This document shows, one piece after another, positions 59,952 to 64,000 of a DNA stretch of 64,000 nucleotides (position 1 is its first letter; each line of letters opens with the position of its first letter). Origin of the DNA: Elusimicrobiaceae bacterium (GTDB taxonomy: Bacteria > Elusimicrobiota > Elusimicrobia > Elusimicrobiales > Elusimicrobiaceae). The stretch is from contig JAFVWP010000137.1 of the NCBI GenBank assembly GCA_017501565.1, forward strand, positions 1,381-65,380. The letters are read 5' to 3'. The translations under genes were made by a program, and so were the position numbers. The notes below the pieces were generated by a model that searched no databases, was not told the origin of the DNA, and saw only the letters and a list, made by a program, of their open reading frames with translations.

Positions 59952-59988
59952 GCCCAGTTGGCGCAGGGGTAGCGCGTTCCCTTGACAT
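59952..59988 (+). pseudogene. 5' half of tRNA-Val(GAC), truncated at the end of the anticodon loop
   Basis: GCCCAGT-TG-GCGC-AGGGGTA-GCGC-G-TTCCC-TTGACAT, followed by AGCCC instead of GGGAA. TGnTATAAT lies at 59918-59926. Confidence 0.7.
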
Positions 59989-60026
59989 AGCCCCCTCAGA
60001 AGTCACAAATTTATCATTTTTTATAC

Positions 60027-60060
60027 AAATCTCCGACGAAGAATCGGAGATTTTCTTTTT
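60027..60060 (+). terminator. Intrinsic terminator downstream of the tRNA fragment
   Basis: AAATCTCCGA-N7-TCGGAGATTT then TCTTTTT. Confidence 0.7.
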
Positions 60061-60334
60061 TAAGAAAAAATTTACAAATCCTCTGTTTTTTTGCAGTTTT
60101 TTGCTGTTTTTTGAACCTTTATGTAAATTTTTTGTAAATTTTTTTCTGGACCGTTTAAAAAATTTAGGGTTTAATTTAGATTAGTTAAATTAAGCATTTT
60201 AGGTTATTTATTGTATGCTCCCCACTTTTTCATTCGGTTATTAAAGATGTGTAAAAATATAAAAAACCAATAGCACCTGTAAAAACTTGATAAAAATAAA
60301 GACTTTTTACATGCTAAACATCTGATAAATCAGT

Positions 60335-61486
60335 TTATTTGAGAATACTCCACCATGGTTTAGCCATAACCTGCGGATGTAATGGCATCTCTGTAGAATT
60401 TAAAGATAAGATAGCCCTATTGGTGGCAGGCAAATCAACATTCTTTAATTTTCTGGCAAAGTCACTATGAATAGTCTGAGTGGCTTTGATTTCATATAAG
60501 TCTATGCTTTGGCCTTTATCTATAACCAAATCCGCTTCCACTTGATTTGAATCTCTGTAAAAATACAAATTATGTCCGGTGCGATTATAGATATTCTCTT
60601 TTACCGCTTCCATAATAATCATATTTTCAAATATAGCCCCTGCCATAGGTCCTTTAAGCAAGGTATCTGCATCTTTATAACGAAGCAAATATGCCAACAG
60701 CCCCGTATCCGTAAAATACACCTTGGGGGTTTTGACTAGTCTCTTGCTTGCATTATTAAAATAAGGGCGAAGCAAATAAATAATACGGCTGGATTCTAAA
60801 ATAGAAATCCAATTTTTAACCGTAGCATTGGCTACCCCACAGTCATTGGCTAAGTCTTGCATATTGAGTAAATTGCCCACTCTGGCAGCTAATAATTCTA
60901 AAAACCGTTGGAAGGTAGCAATATCATGAATATTTTTTATTTGACGAACATCTCTTTCTACATAAGTAGATAAATAACTGCCGTAAAAGAGCTGTAAGTC
61001 CATCTCTTGCGTATTAGGAGTAGGATAAAACCCTTTAATAATTTGCTCAAAACAAGGAATGGGGTCTTGCGGTACCTTGTTTAACTCTTGAAAAGACAAT
61101 GGCAAAAGCTCAAATAAAGCAACTCTTCCTGCCAAAGTTTCGGACATACCTTGCATTACATTAAACATTTGAGAACCCGTTAGCAGAAACCGTCCGTTTA
61201 CCCTTTCTTTATCAATGTGCATTTTGATGTAGCTCAAAAGTTCCGGAATATATTGAATTTCATCAATAATAACGGGAGTTTGTAAGGTGGAAACAAATAA
61301 AGCCGGATCTTTTTTGGCGATGTTTCTGACGCTCAAATCATCAAATGTCACATAGTGATAGGTAGGGAAAAGCTGCTTAAGCAAAGTAGATTTTCCGGTC
61401 TGACGCGGTCCGGTCAGCACAACAGCAGGAAATTGTTGTACCGCAGATAACAAACTTTTTTCTAGGGTTCTATGTATGTATTGCAT
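60335..61486 (-). CDS. AAA ATPase with DUF4143 (PD-(D/E)XK-like) C-terminus
   Basis: GPRQTGKS, IIDEIQ, LLTGS, KRLVKTPKVYFTDTGL and FYRDSNQVEADLV...YEIK. Confidence 0.9.
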   Translation of the reverse strand: MQYIHRTLEKSLLSAVQQFPAVVLTGPRQTGKSTLLKQLFPTYHYVTFDDLSVRNIAKKDPALFVSTLQTPVIIDEIQYIPELLSYIKMHIDKERVNGRFLLTGSQMFNVMQGMSETLAGRVALFELLPLSFQELNKVPQDPIPCFEQIIKGFYPTPNTQEMDLQLFYGSYLSTYVERDVRQIKNIHDIATFQRFLELLAARVGNLLNMQDLANDCGVANATVKNWISILESSRIIYLLRPYFNNASKRLVKTPKVYFTDTGLLAYLLRYKDADTLLKGPMAGAIFENMIIMEAVKENIYNRTGHNLYFYRDSNQVEADLVIDKGQSIDLYEIKATQTIHSDFARKLKNVDLPATNRAILSLNSTEMPLHPQVMAKPWWSILK

Positions 61487-61492
61487 ATTAAA

Positions 61493-61521
61493 AGTATAAT
61501 TAAATTTATGATAAATGTAAA
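61493..61521 (-). promoter_or_regulatory. Sigma70 promoter, leaderless configuration, for the AAA-DUF4143 gene
   Basis: TTTACA, N17, TATACT, then 6 nt and the ATG; no SD. Confidence 0.65.
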
Positions 61522-61674
61522 GTGTATTTTATAATTATCATAAAAAATACTCCATATGCTTATCATTTGTCCTAAAAATATGCTGAAAATCGATAATTTA
61601 TCCTAAATTTAGGATAAATATAAAGTCAACTTGTAAATTATCATAAGAATATAGCAAATCGGTAATTTCTGTTC

Positions 61675-61729
61675 AATGTCTACTTTTCAGCCATGAATGT
61701 CTACTTTTGAGGTCCTAATGTCTACTTTT
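61675..61729. repeat. Three 13-bp direct repeats with a 21-bp period (iteron-like)
   Basis: AATGTCTACTTTT at 61675, 61696 and 61717. Confidence 0.9.
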
Positions 61730-62574
61730 TGGATATATGGCTGATATATGGCACTTGATTAAAGAGAGGGTTTTTTTCTTCTAAAAAACTAAATGCCTGT
61801 TTTCTAAAAAGAGATAAGGGCGGAGAGAACACGCCCGCCCTTATATTATATTATGTCTTTGTAAGTAAGATAAAAATAATAACTTCAACTATATTCTCTA
61901 ACCTAATGTATCCAGTCTGTTTTCCCAATTGAAAAAATTCAATAAAAATATGCTTTAACATTAATCAAATATTATTTTTATTTAACCTTGCATCAATAGT
62001 TTTTCTATTCAAAAAAGAATATTTTTTGATTTTATAACAAAAGCAATTTATGTTTTCATTATGATTATTTTTAATCCGATTCTAGTTTCTTTATCCATCT
62101 GATAAAAGCCTGTTATAACTTATTTTTAAGTAATTAAATTTATTTTTATCTATTGTTTAAAGTTATGACAAATTAATCATTTTTTGTAGTTGTTATGATA
62201 ATTTAAAAATGAAATTTATATTTATCCGAATTTTAAGATTTTTTGATAATTTTCAATGGAATCTCCTTTCTACAATCTGTCATAAACCTATTTTTGTACA
62301 TAAAATATAATCCAATCATAATCTTCTGTTATTTCTAACAAAATATCATTTGAAAATAAACATTTGCAATAAAGTTAATTTAAATTTAAAAGACTTTAAC
62401 ACAGGAGACAGAGTCAAAATGGAGAATAATAAATCAAAACAAGAATCCAAAGCCCGTTGGACAAGGCTATTAAAACCCACTTTTAAGACCAAGGCAAGGA
62501 AAACCAAGACTCGTTGGACTATTTTATTGAAATAGAAGGTAGGTTAGTTATTCTGTAGCCCTAGCAGATAAATA

Positions 62575-64000
62575 TTAGTTGGAATCCTGTGTATGAGGTT
62601 TCCAATCTTTATAATATTCTTTTATTTCCTGTAATTCTTGACGATGGGTTAAATCTGGTTGCTGTAACAACTGCTCAATAATATCAAAGATATTTTCTTT
62701 TCCCCAAGTCTTCAAAGTATCATTCATAGAGTAACCCTGTGTACTCCTATATAATGTTTCACCTATTGCTTCCCAAAATATAAGTTCGTCTTCTTTAAAT
62801 ACAACTATAGAGTCTGCTTGTCGTTTTTCTAAATAATGGGCAGGATATTTGAAGTCTCTTAACCAGTCATAGAATGCAGCAAAATTATAGTAAGATTGTT
62901 TATAATAAAAACAATCCGATAATACATCTTTAGCATTCCAGTTTTGTTTTTGCAAAAAACCGATTAATTCTTTTGCCTCTTCAGAATTTTCTTGTAACAG
63001 AATGTGATATAAATAAATTTTATAGCAAATAGAATTAACCTCAAAAGCTATTTCTAATAAGGTCTGAGAGGGTATTTTTTTGTCTTTAACTATTTCTTTT
63101 ATTTTTTCAAAAATAGAATCCAGTTCTCCTTTTTTAAAGGGAGTATTTTGCTGATTTATTAAATTTTTCCATGCAAAAGGGAGATAATTTAAAGATTTTA
63201 AATCTAAATTTTGTAAATGGAAGGAAATGTAAGAAAAGAAGCTACCTAATCCTTCTTGATTTTTCACAAGAAAGGCTTGAAGGTTTTCTACAGCGACATC
63301 CTGATTATGCTCTACTTTCAAATTATTCCACAAAGCATCTAATACTTTATCTGGAATTGTAGCTGGTGATAGGGTGTGATTAAAATACCTGTAAAAATAG
63401 TTCTTACTATTTAAGGGTTTCTGAATATAAGAAACGGCCTTGTGCCTTTTTTCGTATAGAATTTCAAAATTGGTATAGGAGGAACCTTCTTTATCATATA
63501 AAAAAGTTAAATAAGCATGATTTAGTATGATAAATATTGGTTTTAAAAAATCTCCTCTTTCCGGATATAGGCTATACAGTGAGGAAAAATAGTTATCCCA
63601 CTCTTTAAAAGTTTCTTCCTGAGTATTAACATTCTTATTATACGCATCTGTTACCCAAAATCTTTCGTTTTGGAAGATTTTATTATAGACCTCAGGAAAA
63701 GAAACCGATAAAATAGTTACTAGAAGAAACTGAAAAGGATCTACTTCTGTTTGTACTTTTTCTTGAAAAAAGGAATTCGTGAAACCTACTAAGATTTTTT
63801 TAGCTTCCCTTAAATTTTTAAAATTTAAATTCGGAAAATTTTCCCCTAAATCATTTCCTTGAAGAAATTTAATATTTTTTTCTTTTTCAATAGACTCTAA
63901 GTTTTTAATAAAAAAATCTCTAATGAAGTAAGGGTGGGGCGCCGGTAATTTAATTATATTCGTTGCGATTTTATCAATATAACCTGAATAATAGGAATAT
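62575..64000 (-). CDS. KAP-family P-loop NTPase, C-terminal part (5' end outside the window)
   Basis: The frame of ORF 62575..63333 stays open to the window edge. Manual translation gives YIDKIATNIIKLP, NLREAKKIL, FLLVTILSVSFPEVYNKI and NYFYRYF, matching post-Walker-B KAP patterns. The Walker motifs are not in view. Confidence 0.65.
   Translation of the reverse strand, partial: YSYYSGYIDKIATNIIKLPAPHPYFIRDFFIKNLESIEKEKNIKFLQGNDLGENFPNLNFKNLREAKKILVGFTNSFFQEKVQTEVDPFQFLLVTILSVSFPEVYNKIFQNERFWVTDAYNKNVNTQEETFKEWDNYFSSLYSLYPERGDFLKPIFIILNHAYLTFLYDKEGSSYTNFEILYEKRHKAVSYIQKPLNSKNYFYRYFNHTLSPATIPDKVLDALWNNLKVEHNQDVAVENLQAFLVKNQEGLGSFFSYISFHLQNLDLKSLNYLPFAWKNLINQQNTPFKKGELDSIFEKIKEIVKDKKIPSQTLLEIAFEVNSICYKIYLYHILLQENSEEAKELIGFLQKQNWNAKDVLSDCFYYKQSYYNFAAFYDWLRDFKYPAHYLEKRQADSIVVFKEDELIFWEAIGETLYRSTQGYSMNDTLKTWGKENIFDIIEQLLQQPDLTHRQELQEIKEYYKDWKPHTQDSN

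Larger units (their letters stand above)
59989..64000. mobile_element. Probable genomic island (left end; continues beyond the window)
   Basis: Begins at the broken tRNA; visibly AT-richer than the core genes (judged by eye, not computed); carries AAA-DUF4143 and KAP NTPase genes and iteron-like repeats. No integrase in the window. Confidence 0.6.

Noticed and set aside
59989-60010. AGCCCCCTCAGAAGTCAC as the 3' end of a second tRNA
   Set aside because: It cannot pair with the 5' half and lacks a T-loop and CCA.
61675-61729. CRISPR array
   Set aside because: 13-bp repeats with 8-bp spacers are far too short, and no cas genes are present.
61855-62270. Possible recoded or decayed gene between an AGAAAGGAG SD and a terminator-like hairpin (about 61816-61842)
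   Set aside because: The frames examined have stop densities about as expected for very AT-rich DNA, and TAA is the normal stop elsewhere. There is no support for recoding, and a remnant cannot be identified by eye.
62350-62535. 61-aa basic ORF
   Set aside because: No recognisable motif; another frame looks equally protein-like but has an internal stop. Left uncalled.

Overview
Bacterial chromosomal window, probably from a gut-associated Elusimicrobiota (Elusimicrobiaceae-like) genome. The taxonomy is inferred only from the dispersed pilE-like pilin family and gene content. The left half is mostly housekeeping: dusB (partial), two tandem 5'-nucleotidase homologues, nifU-nifS, nadK-recN, hpt-ftsH-glmM-pdxJ-glmS-nnrD, mutS-mutL, tRNA-Tyr, dnaE and alaS, interspersed with pilins and secreted or outer-membrane hypotheticals. 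A Wzx/Wzy polysaccharide locus of about 20 kb (36378-56349) follows, then a secreted Ntn amide hydrolase and a CsoR module. From about 59989 there is an AT-rich probable genomic island. Main findings: (1) an unannotated 36-aa, 9-Cys metallothionein-like ORF under a perfect sigma70 promoter with two CsoR-type operators, directly upstream of csoR; (2) a cytidylyltransferase/PLP-enzyme fusion, an opine dehydrogenase and LicD that together could make an opine-type (N-carboxyethyl) phosphodiester decoration of the polysaccharide; (3) the 5' half of a tRNA-Val cut exactly at the end of the anticodon loop at the island edge; (4) a short OPX lacking its outer-membrane helix, with a distant beta-barrel as candidate partner; (5) recurrent leaderless-type promoters. 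All family assignments come from motif reading by eye; no database searches were run.
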